NCBI RefSeq assembly: GCF_963921235.1
Contig: NC_086098.1
Coordinates: forward strand, 5,952,001-6,016,000
Direction of reading: 5' to 3'
Length of the DNA: 64,000 nucleotides
Origin: Mobula hypostoma
Lineage: Eukaryota
In this document: in pieces, positions 38,624-50,896 of the stretch
How the letters are laid out: every line of letters begins with the position of its first letter
Numbering within the stretch: the stretch's first letter is position 1
Program-made: the position numbers and the translations under genes
The notes under the pieces: generated by a model
Databases searched by the model: none
What the model saw: only the letters and a program-made list of their open reading frames with translations
Told to the model about the DNA's origin: nothing

Positions 38624-38928
38624 TTGAGGTAGTGTTCATTGGATGGTACATTTTCCATTCAGAAATCTGATGGTGGAAGGAAAGAAGCTGTTCCTGAAAC
38701 GTTGAGTGTGTGTTAATAACAATCTTAAGACTTAACTGATTTTTGTTTGCATTATCAATAACAAATGAAAACTATGCATGAAAAATTACTACTAAATATG
38801 TAAAAGGACTTGAGATGGATTCATCCAATTTATAAACCCAGCTCAAATTCCTATTTATTTTTACATTGATAGGTTATCGTTTATAGTATAGTTTCTGGCT
38901 TCAGTTTGTTAATGATTACACAATTTAT

Positions 38929-39455
38929 GTTGAACTCCATCTGCCACTTTTCAGCCCTGTTTTGCATCCTCTCAATGTCCCGCTGTAAACTCTGACAGAC
39001 CTCCACACTATTCACAACACCCCCCACCTTTGTGTCATCAGCAAATTTCCGGTGACCAGTGGTGTGCCTCGGGGATCTCTTCTGGGACCCCTACTCTTTG
39101 TGATTTTTATAAATGACCTGGATGAGGAAGTGGAGGGATGGGTTAGTAAATTTGCTGATGACACAAAGGGTGTTATGGATAGTGTGGAGGGCTGTCAGAG
39201 GTTACAGCGGGACATTGATAGGATGCAAAACTGGGCTGAGAAGTGGCAGATGGAGTTCAACCCAGATAAGTGTGAAGTGATTCATTTTGGTAGGTCAAAT
39301 ATGATGGCAGAATATAGTATTAATGGTAAGACTCTTGACATTGTGGAGGATCAGAGGGATCTTGGGGTCTGAGTCCATAGGACACTCAAAGCTGCTGCGC
39401 AGGTTGACTCTGTGGTTAAGAAAGCATACGGTGCATTGGCCTTCATCAATCGTGG
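38929..39455 (+). repeat. 527-bp direct duplicate of 35796-36322
   Basis: Same inverted CR1 junction; about one mismatch seen. Confidence 0.95.
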
Positions 39456-40300
39456 TATTATTTGCTAGCTTACTTTCATATTTCATGTTTTCCCTTCTAA
39501 TGGTTCTTTCAGTTGCTCTCTGTAGGTTCTTAAAAACTTCCAAATCCTCTTTCTTCCCACTAATTTTTGCTTTGTTGTATGCCCTCAGTTACATTTTTAC
39601 ATTAGCTTTGACTTCCCACGTCACTCATGGTTATTCTATTTTGCCATTTGAGTAGTTCTTCACTTTTGGTATACACATGTCCTGCACCTTTCTCATTTTC
39701 CCCAGAAATGCACGCCATTGCTGCTCTGTTGTCACCCCTGCCAGCAGCTCCTTCCAATTTACTTTGGCCAACTCCTCTCTCATACCATTGTAATTTCCCT
39801 TACTCCACTGATATACTGCTGCATCAGATTTTACTTTCTCCCTATCAAATTTCAAGTTGAACTCAATCATATTGTTCCCAAGGGTTCTTTTACCTTTAGC
39901 TCCCTAATCGCCTCTGGTTCATTACATAACAACCAATCCAGTATAGCTGATCCCCTAGCATTCAACAAACTCATTCTCTTGAGATCCATTGGCAACCTAA
40001 TTTTCCCAATCAACCTGCATGGTAAAATCTCCTATCATAACATTGTGTTTTTGACACACCTTTTCTATTTCCCATTGTAATCTGTGGTTCACCTCCCAGC
40101 CACTGTTGGGAGGCCTGTATATAACTGCCATCAGGGTCCTTTTACCTTGCAGTTTCTTAACTCAGCCCACAAGGATTCAACATCTTCTGATCCTATGTCA
40201 CATCTTTCTACTGATTTGATGCCATTCTTTACCAGTAGAGAAATGCCACCCCCTCTGCCTACCTTCTTATCCCTCCAATAGAACGTGTAACCTTGGCAAT
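39456..40300 (-). mobile_element. Degraded CR1 endonuclease/tether fragment
   Basis: MIEFNLKF..KGNYNGMREELAKVNW; ESLWAELRNCK. Confidence 0.85.
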
Positions 40301-40329
40301 AGAGCTGTGGTGCAGTTAAAACATATAAG

Positions 40330-40712
40330 ATTATTGAAACATATAAGATTATTAAGGGATTGGACACGCTGGAGGCAGGAAGCATGTTCCTGCTGATGGG
40401 TGAGTCCAGAACCAGAGGCCACAGTTTAAGAATAAGGGGTAGGCCATTTAGAACGGAGTTGAGGAAAAACTTTTTCACCCAGAGAGTGGTGGACGTATGG
40501 AATGCTCTGCCCCAGAAGGCTGTGGAGGCCAAGTCTCTGGATGCTTTCAAGAAAGAGATGGATAGAGCTCTTAAAGATAGCGGAATCAAAGGTTATGGGG
40601 ATAAGGCAGGAACTGGATACTGATAGTGGATGATCAGCCATGATCACAGTGAATGGCGGTGCTGGCTCGAAGGGCCGAATGGCCTACTCCTGCACCTATT
40701 GTCTAATGTCTA
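40330..40712 (+). mobile_element. CR1 3' end (TATTGTC-tail subfamily)
   Basis: SRTRGHSLRIRG..FFTQRVVDVWNALP. Confidence 0.9.
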
Positions 40713-43260
40713 TAAAACAGAAAGCAACAAATACTGGACCGAAAGTGTTATATTTGAATGCACACAGCATAAGAAATAAAATGGACGATATTGAAATTCA
40801 GCTACAGATTGGCAAGTATGATGTTGTGGCCGTCTCTGAAACTTGGCTAAACTTGGGAGCTGAACATCCAAGGAAATATGGTGATATTTGGAAAGATGCA
40901 TTTGGTAGGCAGAGGGAGTGGTGTGGTCCTGTGTATCAGGAATAATATTAAATCATTAGAAAGGGATGACATAGGATTGGAAGGTGTAGAGTCTCTATGG
41001 GTTGAGTTAAGAAATGGCAAGGGTAAAAGGACCCTAATGGCAGTTGTATACAGGCACCCAAACAGCAACCGGGATGTGGATTACAAATTACAGCAGGAGA
41101 TAGAAAAGGCGTGTCAGAAGGGCAATATCATGATAATCGGGGATTTTAACATGAAAGTGGATTGGGAAAACCAGGCCAGTACTGGACCTCAAAAGGGAGA
41201 ATTTGTAGAATGTCTCTTTATGGCTTTTTAGAACAACTTGTTGTTGAGCTCACTAGGGGATCGACTGTGCTGGATTGGGTGTTGTGCAATGATCCAGAGG
41301 TCATAAGGGACCTTAAGGTTAAGGAACCCTTAGGGAACAGTGATCACAATATGATCGACTTCACTTTGAAATTTGAGAAAGAGAAACTAAATTCCAATAT
41401 ATTAGTATTTCAGTGGAATAAAGGAAATTACAATGGCATGAGAGGGGAGCTGGTCAAGCTTGACTGGAAAGAGACACTAGCAGGAAGGACAGCAGAGCAG
41501 CAATGGCTGGAGTTTCTGTGAAAAATGAGGGAAGTGCAAGACAGATATATTCCAAATAAGAAGAAATTTTCGAAGGGAAGAAGGATACTGCCGTGGCTGA
41601 CAAGTGAAGTCCGAGCCAAAGTAAAAGCAAAAGGGAGGGCATACAAGGAAGCCAAAGCTAGTGGGAAGATAGAGGATTGGGAAGCTTTTAAGAACTTGCA
41701 GAAGGAAACTAAGGTCATTAGAAAGGAAAAGAAGAATTATGAAAGGAAGCTGGGGACTAATATCAAAGAAGATACTAAAAGCTTTTTGAAGTATATAAAT
41801 GGTAAAAGAGAGTTGAAGGTAGACATAGGACCAATAGAAAATGACGCTGGAGATATTGTAATGAGAGATGCAGAGATGGCAGAGGAATTGAATGTATATT
41901 TTGCATCAGTCTTCACAGTGGAAGACATCTGCAGTATACCAAACATTCAATAGTGTCAGGGAAGTGAAGTCATGTGCAGTGAAAATTACTACTGAGAAAG
42001 TGCTCAGAAAGCTTAATGGTCTGAGGGTGGATAAATCTCCTGGATCTGATGGAATGTACCCTTGGGTTCTGAAGGAAGTAGCTGGAGAGATTGCAGAGGC
42101 ATTAACAACGATCTTTCAAGAATCAATAGATTCTGGCATTGTACAGATGACTGGAAAATTGCAAATGTTAGTCTGCTATTTAAGAAAGGTGGGAGGCAAC
42201 AGAAAGGAAACTATAGACCTGTTGGCCTGACATCAGTGTTTGGGATGCCGTTGGAATCGATTGTTAGGAATGAGATTATGGAATAACTGGAGGCACATGA
42301 CAAGATAGGCCAAAGCCAACATGGTTTCTGAAAGGAAAATCCTGCCTGACTAACCTACTGAAATTTTTTGAGGAAATTACAAGCAGGGTAGACAAAAAGA
42401 GACGTAGTAGATGTAGTGTACTTGGATATTCAGAAGACCTTTGACAAGGTGCCACACATGAGGTTGATTAGTGAGATAAGAGCCCATGGAATTACAGGGG
42501 AGTTACTAGCGTGGGTGGAGCATTGGCTGAGTGGCAGAAAACAGAGAAAGGGAATAAAGGGATCCTATTCTGGCTGGCTGCTGGTTACCAGCGGAGTTCC
42601 ACAGGGATTGGTATTTGGACCACTGCTTTTTACGATGTGTGTCAATGACTTAGACTATGGGATTAATGGATTTGTGGCTAAATTTGCTGAAGATACAAAA
42701 GATAGGTGGAGGAGCAGGTAGTGTTGAGGAAACAGAGAGCCTGCAGAGAGACTTAGATAGTTTAGGGGAATGGGCAAAGAAGTGGCAAATGAAATACAAT
42801 TTTGGAAAGTGCATGATCATGCACGTTGATGGAAGAAATAAATGAGCAGACTATCGTCTAGATCAGCGGTCCCCAACCACTGGGCCGCAGACCGGTACCG
42901 GGCCGCGAGGAAACGGTATGATTTGGCGACATGAAACGATATGAGTCATCTGCAGCTTTCCTTATTCCCTGTCAGGCCCACTGTTGAACTTTAACACAGG
43001 TGAGGTCATCAGTGACCCATGACACAAATGACCCAAGATGTGCAAAGGAATGGGTTCGTGACCCATTTGTGAATGTCCCCGGTGAATCATCCATGTCAGC
43101 GTGGGAAGGAGATCAACTCCTCGAGCTTACAAATGACGATGGGCTGAAAAGTATGTTTGACATAGCAACAGGAATTCTGCAGATGCTGGAAATTCAAGCA
43201 ACACACATCAAAGTTGCTGGTGAACGCAGCAGGCCAAGCAGCATCTATAGGAAGAGGCGC

Positions 43261-43296
43261 AGTCGACGTTTCAGGCCGAGACCCTTCGTCAGGACT
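43261..43296 (-). ncRNA. Minimal type I hammerhead ribozyme motif in Penelope pLTR
   Basis: Reverse complement of 45467-45502. Confidence 0.8.
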
Positions 43297-43588
43297 AACT
43301 GAAGGAAGAGTGAGTAAGGGATTTGAAGCTGGAGGGGGAGGGGGAGATGCAAAATGATAGGAGAAGACAGGATGGGGAGGGATAGAGCCGAGAGCTGGAC
43401 AGGTGATAGACAAAAGGGGATACGAGAGGATCATGGGACAGGAGGTCCGGGAAGAAAGACGGGGGGGGGGTGACCCAGAGGATGGGCAAGAGGTATATTC
43501 AGAGGGACAGAGGGAGAAAAAGGAGAGTGAGAGAAAGAATGTGTGCATAAAAATGAGTAACAGATGGGGTACGAGGGGGAGGTGGGGC

Positions 43589-44712
43589 CTAGCGGAAGTT
43601 AGAGAAGTCAATGTTCATGCCATCAGGTTGGAGGCTACCCAGACGGAATATAAGGTGTTGTTCCTCCAACCTGAGTGTGGCTTCATCTTTACAGTAGAGG
43701 AGGCCGTGGATAGACATGTCAGAATGGGAATGGGATGTGGAATTAAAATGTGTGGCCACTGGGAGATCCTGCTTTCTCTGGCGGACAGAGCGTAGATGTT
43801 CAGCAAAGCGGTCTCTCAGTCTGCGTCGGGTCTCACCAATATATAAAAGGCCACATCGGGAGCACCGGACGCAGTATATCACCCCAGTCGACTCACAGGT
43901 GAAGTGATGCCTCACCTGGAAGGACTGTTTGGGGCCCTGAATGGTGGTAAGGGAGGAAGTGTAAGGGCATGTGTAGCACTTGTTCCGCTTACACGGATAA
44001 GTGCCAGGAGGGAGATCAGTGGGGAGGGATGGGGGGGACGAATGGACAAGGGAGTTGTGTAGGGAGCGATCCCTGCGGAATGCAGAGAGAGGGGGGAGGG
44101 AAAGATGTGCTTAGTGGTGGGATCCCGTTGGAGGTGGCGGAAGTTACGGAGAATAATATGTTGGACCCGGAGGCTGGTGGGGTGGTAGGTGAGGACCAGG
44201 GGAACCCTATTCCTAGTGGGGTGGTGGGAGGATGGAGTGAGAGCAGATGTACGTGAAATGGGGGAGATGCGTTTAAGAGCAGAGTTGATAGTGGAGGAAG
44301 GGAAGCCCCTTTCTTTAAAAAATGAAGACATCTCCCTCGTCCTAGAATGAAAAGCCTCATCCTGAGAGCAGATGCGGCAGAGACGGAGGAATTGCGAGAA
44401 GGGGATGGCGTTTTTGCAAGAGACAGGGTGAGAAGAGGAATAGTCCAGATAGCTGTGAGAGTCAGTAGGCTTATAGTAGACATCAGTGGATAAGCTGTCT
44501 CCAGAGACAGAGACAGAAAGATCTAGAAAGGGGAGGGAGGTTTCGGAAATGGACCAGGTAAACTTGAGGGCAGGGTGAAAGTTGGAGGCAAAGTTAATAA
44601 AGTCAACGAGTTCTGCATGCGTGCAGGAAGCAGCGCCAATGCAGTCGTCGATGTAGCGAAGGAAAAGTGGGGGACAGATACCAGAATAGGCACGGAACAT
44701 AGATTGTTCCAC
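43589..44712 (-). pseudogene. Penelope RT C-half + GIY-YIG endonuclease, frameshift near 44090
   Basis: LRYIDDC, LPFLDL, VYYKPTDSHSYL; GVIYCVRCSRCGLLYIGETRRRL..RFAEH. Confidence 0.92.
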
Positions 44713-44846
44713 AAACCCAACAAAAAGCCCCCATCCCTCCCCACTGATCTCCCTCCTGGCACTTATCCGTTAAGCAGAACAAGTGCTACACATGCCCTTA
44801 CACTTCCTCCCTTGCCACCATTCAGGGCCCCAAACAGTCCTTCCAG

Positions 44847-45173
44847 GTGAGGCATCACTTCACCTGTGAGTCGACTGGGGTGATATACTGCGTTCGGTGC
44901 TCCCGATGTGGCCTTTTATATATTGGTGAGACCCGACGCAGACTGGGAGACCGCTTTGCTGAACATCTACGCTCTGTCCGCCAGAGAAAGCAGGATCTCC
45001 CAGTGGCCACACATTTTAATTCCACATCCCATTCCCATTCTGACATGTCTATCCACGGCCTCCTCTACTGTAAAGATGAAGCCACACTCAGGTTGGAGGA
45101 ACAACACCTTATATTCCGTCTGGGTAGCCTCCAACCTGATGGCATGAACATTGACTTCTCTAACTTCCGCTAG
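44847..45173 (+). pseudogene. Second (inverted) GIY-YIG endonuclease fragment
   Basis: GVIYCVRCSRCGLLYIGETRRRLGDRFAEH...PDGMN. Confidence 0.9.
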
Positions 45174-45466
45174 GCCCCACCTCCCCCTTGTACCCCATCT
45201 GTTACTCATTTTTATGCACACATTCTTTCTCTCACTCTCCTTTTTCTCCCTCTGTCCCTCTGAATATACCTCTTGCCCATCCTCTGGGTCACCCCCCCCC
45301 CGTCTTTCATCCCGGACCTCCTGTCCCATGATCCTCTCGTATCCCCTTTTGCCTATCACCTGTCCAGCTCTCGGCTCTATCCCTCCCCCTCCTGTCTTCT
45401 CCTATCATTTTGCATCTCCCCCTCCCCCTCCAGCTTTCAAATCCCTTACTCACTCTTCCTTCAGTT

Positions 45467-45502
45467 AGTCCTGACGAAGGGTCTCGGCCTGAAACGTCGA
45501 CT
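45467..45502 (+). ncRNA. Minimal type I hammerhead ribozyme motif in Penelope pLTR
   Basis: agtc-CTGACGA-agg gtctcgg cct-GAAA-C-GTC-gact: stems I and II, full core, loopless palindromic stem III. Confidence 0.8.
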
Positions 45503-45910
45503 GCGCCTCTTCCTATAGATGCTGCTTGGCCTGCTGCGTTCACCAGCAACTTTGATGTTTGACATAACATCTCTGCCGGCATTCTGGATCAAAGTCAAGG
45601 CTGAATATCCTGAGATAGCCACGAAAGCACTGACCACGTTGCTTCCATTTCCAACATATTTCTGCAATGAGTGCAACGAAAACTAAACTGCGGAATAGAC
45701 TGGACATAAGGAACCCCCTTCGAGTATCGCTGTCTTCCATCACCCCTTGATGGGACCGTCTTGTTGCAGGAAATCAAGCCCAGGGCTTCCACTGATTCAG
45801 CGATATTGGTGTGTTGCAATGATTTTATATGTTCATACGGAGAAAATATGTGCTGTGTGTTTAATATCCAAATGTTACTTATAAAGCTATGATGCTATTG
45901 ACTTATAATT

Positions 45911-46140
45911 CAGTGGTCTCCAACCTCCGGGCTGCGAAGAATGCAGTGGTACAGCAGTAGCCGGAACGCACCCAGCACATCTTTAGGAAAAGACCCGAAA
46001 TAAACAAGCTAATTGATTAGGTGCCACCAGCTTTTTGGCTTTTTTCTTAAAGATGTGCTGGGTGCGTTCGGACTACTGCTGTATCGCTGCATTCTTGATG
46101 CCAATGTATCGGTCCGCGGCCCGGAGGTTGGGAACCACAG
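45911..46140. mobile_element. hAT MITE nested in hAT element
   Basis: TIRs cagtggtctccaacc / ggttgggaaccacag; perfect 8-bp TSD ttataatt. Confidence 0.9.
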
Positions 46141-47304
46141 TTATAATTGATTTATCACTACATTCATGCGAGGAAAATATGCGCTGTGTGTTTAATATTA
46201 AATTCGTTAGATAAGCCCTTTTAGAAATGAAACTGAGCGTATTAGCCACTTATAAGTGACTTATCACCTATATTCCAGTCGTGATTAACACCCACCCCGC
46301 CCCGCGTCCACCCCGCCCCCCCCTGGTGTCAGCCAGTCCGCAAGAATATTGTCAATATTAGACCGGTCCGAGGTGCAAAAAAGGTTGGGGACCCCTGATC
46401 TAGATGGGGAGAGAATTCAAAATGCAGAGATGCAAAGGGACTTGGGAATCCTTGTGCAGGGTACCCTAAGGGTTAATCTCCAAATTGAGTTGGTGGTGAA
46501 GAAGGTGAATGTAATGTTGGCATTCATTTCCAGAGGTATAAAATATAAGAGCAGGGATGTAATGTTGAGGCTCTATAAGGCACTCACATGACCACACTTG
46601 GAGTATTGTGTGTAGTTTCGGGCTCCTTATTTTAGAAAGGATATACTGATATTGGAGAGGGTTCAGAGCAGATTTACAAGAATGATTCCAGGAATGAGAT
46701 GGTTACCATATGAGGAATGTCTGGCAGCTCTTGGGTTGTATTCCCTGGAGTTCATGAGAATGAGGGGGGAAACACATAGAAACATTCCAAATTTTAAAAA
46801 GCCTGGACAGATTATATATTGCAAAGTTATTTCTCATGGTAGAGGAGTCTAGGACAAGAGGGCATGAATTCAGGATTGAAGGACATCCATTTAGATCAGA
46901 GATGCAGAGAAATTACTTTAGTCAGAGGGTGGTAAATCTGTGGAATTTGTTGCCACAAACGGCAGTGGAGGCCAAGTCATTGGGTGTATTTAAGGCAGAG
47001 ATAGATAGGTTCTTGATTAGCCAGGGCATCAAAGGGTATGGGGAAAAGGCAGGGGTGTGGGGATGACTGGAAGAATTGGATCAGCCAATGATTGAATGGC
47101 CAAGTAGACTCGATGGGACGAATGGCCTACTTCTGCTCCTATATCTTATGGTCTTATGGTCTTAGATATATATATATATATATCTGCTTACTGTGATTGA
47201 TTTTTTCTACATTATCATGTATTGCATTGTACTGCTGCCTCCCTCAAAGTTAACAAACTTCACAACATATGCCGGTGATATTAAACCTGGTTCTGATTCA
47301 GAAG

Positions 47305-48111
47305 ATAGAATATGAAGCTATTATTATTAAAGAAGATAACAGAAGTCTCCACAGGTACATAAAGTGTAAAAGAGAGGCAGACTGGATATCAGACTACTGG
47401 AAAACAATGCTGGAGAGGTAGCAATGAGGGACAACGAAATGGCAGACAAACTGAATAAATATTTTGCATCAGTCTTCACTGGGGAAGACACTAGCAGTAT
47501 GGTGGTGGTTCAGAGGTCATGAAACATTACTAGGGAGATGGTCCTTGAGAAACTGCAAGGTCTGAAGGTAGCTAAGTCACCTGGACTGGATGGTATACAC
47601 CCCAGTGTTCTGAAAGAGGTGGTTGAAGAGATTATGGAGGCATTCGTAGTAATCTTTCAAGAATCACTAGATTCTGAAATGGTTCCTGAGGACTGGAAAA
47701 TTGCAAATCAAGAAGTGAGAGAGGCAGAAGAAAGGAAATTATAGGGCAGTTAGTCTGACTTCAGTGGTTGGGAAGATGTTGGAGTCGATTGTTAATGATG
47801 TGGTTTCAGGCTACTTGGAAGCACATGATAAAATATGTTGGAATTCGTTGAAGAAATAACACGCAGTCTAGACAAAGGAGAATTGGTTGATGTTGTGTAC
47901 TTGGATTTTCAGAAGGCCTTTGACAAGGTGCCACACATGAGGCTGTTTAACAAGCTACAAGCCCTTGGAATTACGGGAAAGATTCTAGCATGGTTAAAGC
48001 AGTGGCTGGCTGGCAGGAGGCAACGAGTGGGAATAAAGTGGTTGGCTGCCAGTAACTAGTGGTATTGTACAGGGGTCTGTGTTGGGACCAATTATTTTTA
48101 TATTATATGTC
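47305..48111 (+). mobile_element. Degraded CR1 RT fragment
   Basis: [24 protein letters not shown]. Confidence 0.85.
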
Positions 48112-49040
48112 TGTAATGGTCTGGTTAACATTTCTACTGCTATACTGTGGGATAGTTTATATTAGCAATTTTCTCTAAAAGCAGTGTGCCGTGCTGGAAG
48201 CTGTGCTTTGGCTTCAGCTAAGGTAAGGAGAACGTGTGTCAGCCAGTCAGGATTGTGGGATGTAAGGCAAGGCTCGAGAGAGATGTGGGCAAGTTTTCTG
48301 AAGGACAATAGACTGGTTTGGGTTCTTTTGGCAGGGACTGTGGAGCAGGTCACAAGAGAAGATGCCAGAGATCGTTGTTGGAAGGAGAGTCCCCGTTGCA
48401 AAAAGTGCCTTGTGCAGATGGATGGTTCCAAGGAGGAAGCACAATATTCCTGAGGGAGAGAGAGAGGTAGTTTGCTTGAGATGGTCTTCGAGGTGAGTTT
48501 GAAAATGTGGTGGGTGTTTTCACACAGACCGTGGGTCCAGCACGTGAGTAAGTGATACGTCCCCGTGTATACCCCACATGCTCCATCCTCAGTGATTCCC
48601 TAATCTTTCTCTTGCAGGTATTCTCTTCCTTGCCAAAGATGGTGGCCTCATCAAGCGGCCTATATATTTGAATGACCCACAAGATGCGATCTCCATCTTT
48701 TACCCAGTTACTCAGCGAATTTAGAGATGAGGAAAGCATGATTGAGAAGTGGAACATTTCCAAAAGTTAAGTAGTGTCTTCAGCGTAGCCTCTGTTGCTA
48801 AAGTGACCCCTGATACCACAGAAAGAGCTTTTGAGGAATGAGGTGGAAAACCTTCGAACTGAGCTGAGTCGATGGAGGTTTGCTGATGCTTCAGCTAAAC
48901 ATGACACGTCTGTTGAGAAACTCGACCTACCTGTAGGACTTACAAGGCAGAGGAATGCAGCTGAAAAGGGTTATTTAACTATAGAGGTGACTGGTATTTT
49001 CTGTTACAACAGTGGAGAAGATGGAAAAGCCCACAAACAA
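48112..49040 (+). mobile_element. Gypsy relic: LTR-like segment then degraded PNMA/gag-like C-terminus
   Basis: Starts tgtaat; SPSFTQLLSEFRDEE, coiled coil, decayed zinc knuckle FCYNSGEDG. Confidence 0.6.
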
Positions 49041-49094
49041 AATATATATTTATAATATGTAACTGATGAAGTCCTAAATATGTAAAATGGCTTG

Positions 49095-50893
49095 AGACCA
49101 TAAGATATAGAAGCAGAATTAGACCATTTAGCCCTTTGAGTCTCCTCCACCATTTCATCATGGCTAATCCAATTTTCCTCTTAGCCCCAATCTCTTGTCT
49201 TCTCCCCATATCCCTGCATGCCCTGACCAATCAAGAACCTATCAGCCTCTGCCTCAAATGCACATAAAGATTTGGCTTCCACAGCTGCCTGTGGCAAAAA
49301 ATTCCAAATATTCACCACACTTTTCTAAATAAATTCCTCCTCATCTCCATTCCAAAAGGACACCCTCTATTCTGAGGCTGTGTTCTCTGATCTTAGACAT
49401 TCCCACCATAGGAAACATCCTCTCCACAATCACTCCATCAAGACCTTTCAGCATTCGATAGGTTTCAATGAGGTCATTTGTCATTCTTCTGATTTCCAGT
49501 GATGGCCCAGAGCCATCCAACGCTCTTCATAAGACAAGCTATTCAATCCTGGAATGATTTTTGTGAACCTGCTTTAAACTACCTCCAGTTTTAGCACATT
49601 CTCTCTGAGATAAGGTGCCCAAAACTGTTCACAATACTCCAAAGGAGGCCTCACCAGTGCTTTATAGAGCTTTAACATTACATCCTTGCTTTTTATCTTC
49701 TAGTCCTCTTGAAATGAATGCTAACATTGCATGTGCTTCCTCACCATAAACTCAACATTTATGGAACCCTGCACAAGGTCTTCCAAGTCCCTTTGCACCT
49801 CAGTTTTTTATATTTTCTCTCCATTCAGAAAATAGTTAATTCTTTCACTTCTTCTACCAAAGTGCATGACCATACACTTCCTGACACGGTATTCCATCTG
49901 CCACTTCTGTGCCAATTCTCCTAGTCTGTCTAAATTCTTCTGTAGCCTCCCCACTTTTGCAAAACTACCTGCCCCTCCAACTATTGTCTCCAAACTTTGC
50001 AACAAAGCTATAAACTCCATCACCCAAATCATTGACAACAGTCCCAACATAGACCCCTGTGGAACACCATCTGTCACCGACAGCCAGCCAAAATAGGATC
50101 CCTTTATTCCCACTCTTTACGACCAGACAATCAGCAACTTTTTTTTTATCCATTCTAGAATCTTTCCTGTCATACCACGGGCTCATAGCTTGTTAAGCAG
50201 CCTCATGTATGGCACCTTGTCAAAGGCCATCTGAAAATCCAAGTACATGACATCAATCAGTTCTCCTTTGTCTATCCTACTTGTTATTTCTTCAAAGAAG
50301 CCCAACAGATTTGTCAAGCAAAATACTTACTCAGGTTGTCTTCTGTTTAGTTGTCCCCCATTACTACCTCTCCAGCATCATTTTCCAGTGGTCCGATATC
50401 CACTCTATCCTCTCTTTTACGATTTATGTATCTGAAGAAACTTTTGGTATCCTCTTTAATATTATTTGCCAGCTGACTTTTGTAATCCATTTTTTTCCTT
50501 CTTATTGACTTTTTTCATTTTTCTTTTGTTGGTTTTTAAAAGCTTCCCAATTCTCTAACTTCCCACTAATTTTTGCTTTACTATACGCCCTGTCTTTGGC
50601 TTTTATGTTGGCTTTGAATTCTCTGGTTAGCGACATGTGTGTCATCTTTCCTTTAGAATACTTCTTCCATTTTGTAATGTCTGTACCCTGAATAGCCTCC
50701 AGAAATCCCAGCCATTGATGCTCTGCCATCATTCCAGTCAGTGCTTTCTTTCAATCAATTTTGGCCAACTCCTCTCTCATGCCTCTGTAATTCCCTTTAC
50801 CCCACTGTAATACTGATATATCTACCTTAGCTTCTCCTTTTCAAATTTCAGGGTGAATTGGATGGTATTATGATCACTTTCACCTAAGGGTTC
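49095..50893 (-). mobile_element. Degraded CR1 LINE
   Basis: VTDGVPQGSMLG, KWQMEY; 3' UTR at 49095. Confidence 0.85.
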
Positions 50894-50896
50894 TAC

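Larger units (their letters stand above)
43165..45554. mobile_element. Penelope-like retroelement, 5'-truncated, with inverted 3' duplication
   Basis: RT FLRYIDD (minus), two GIY-YIG copies, ~830-bp inverted arms, 12-bp TSD atgtttgacata (43153-43164, 45555-45566). Confidence 0.95.
42864..46397 (+). mobile_element. Non-autonomous Buster/Charlie hAT element with two nested insertions
   Basis: TIRs cagcggtccccaacc / ggttggggacccctg; TSD gtctagat/atctagat; relics KEWVRDPF, FWIKVKAEYPEIA, KTKLRNRLD. Confidence 0.9.
40720..47163 (+). mobile_element. Degraded near-complete CR1 ORF2 interrupted by hAT element at 42864-46397
   Basis: YLNAHSIRNK through RT motifs; resumes at 46406 to (tcttatgg)n tail. 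Confidence 0.9.
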
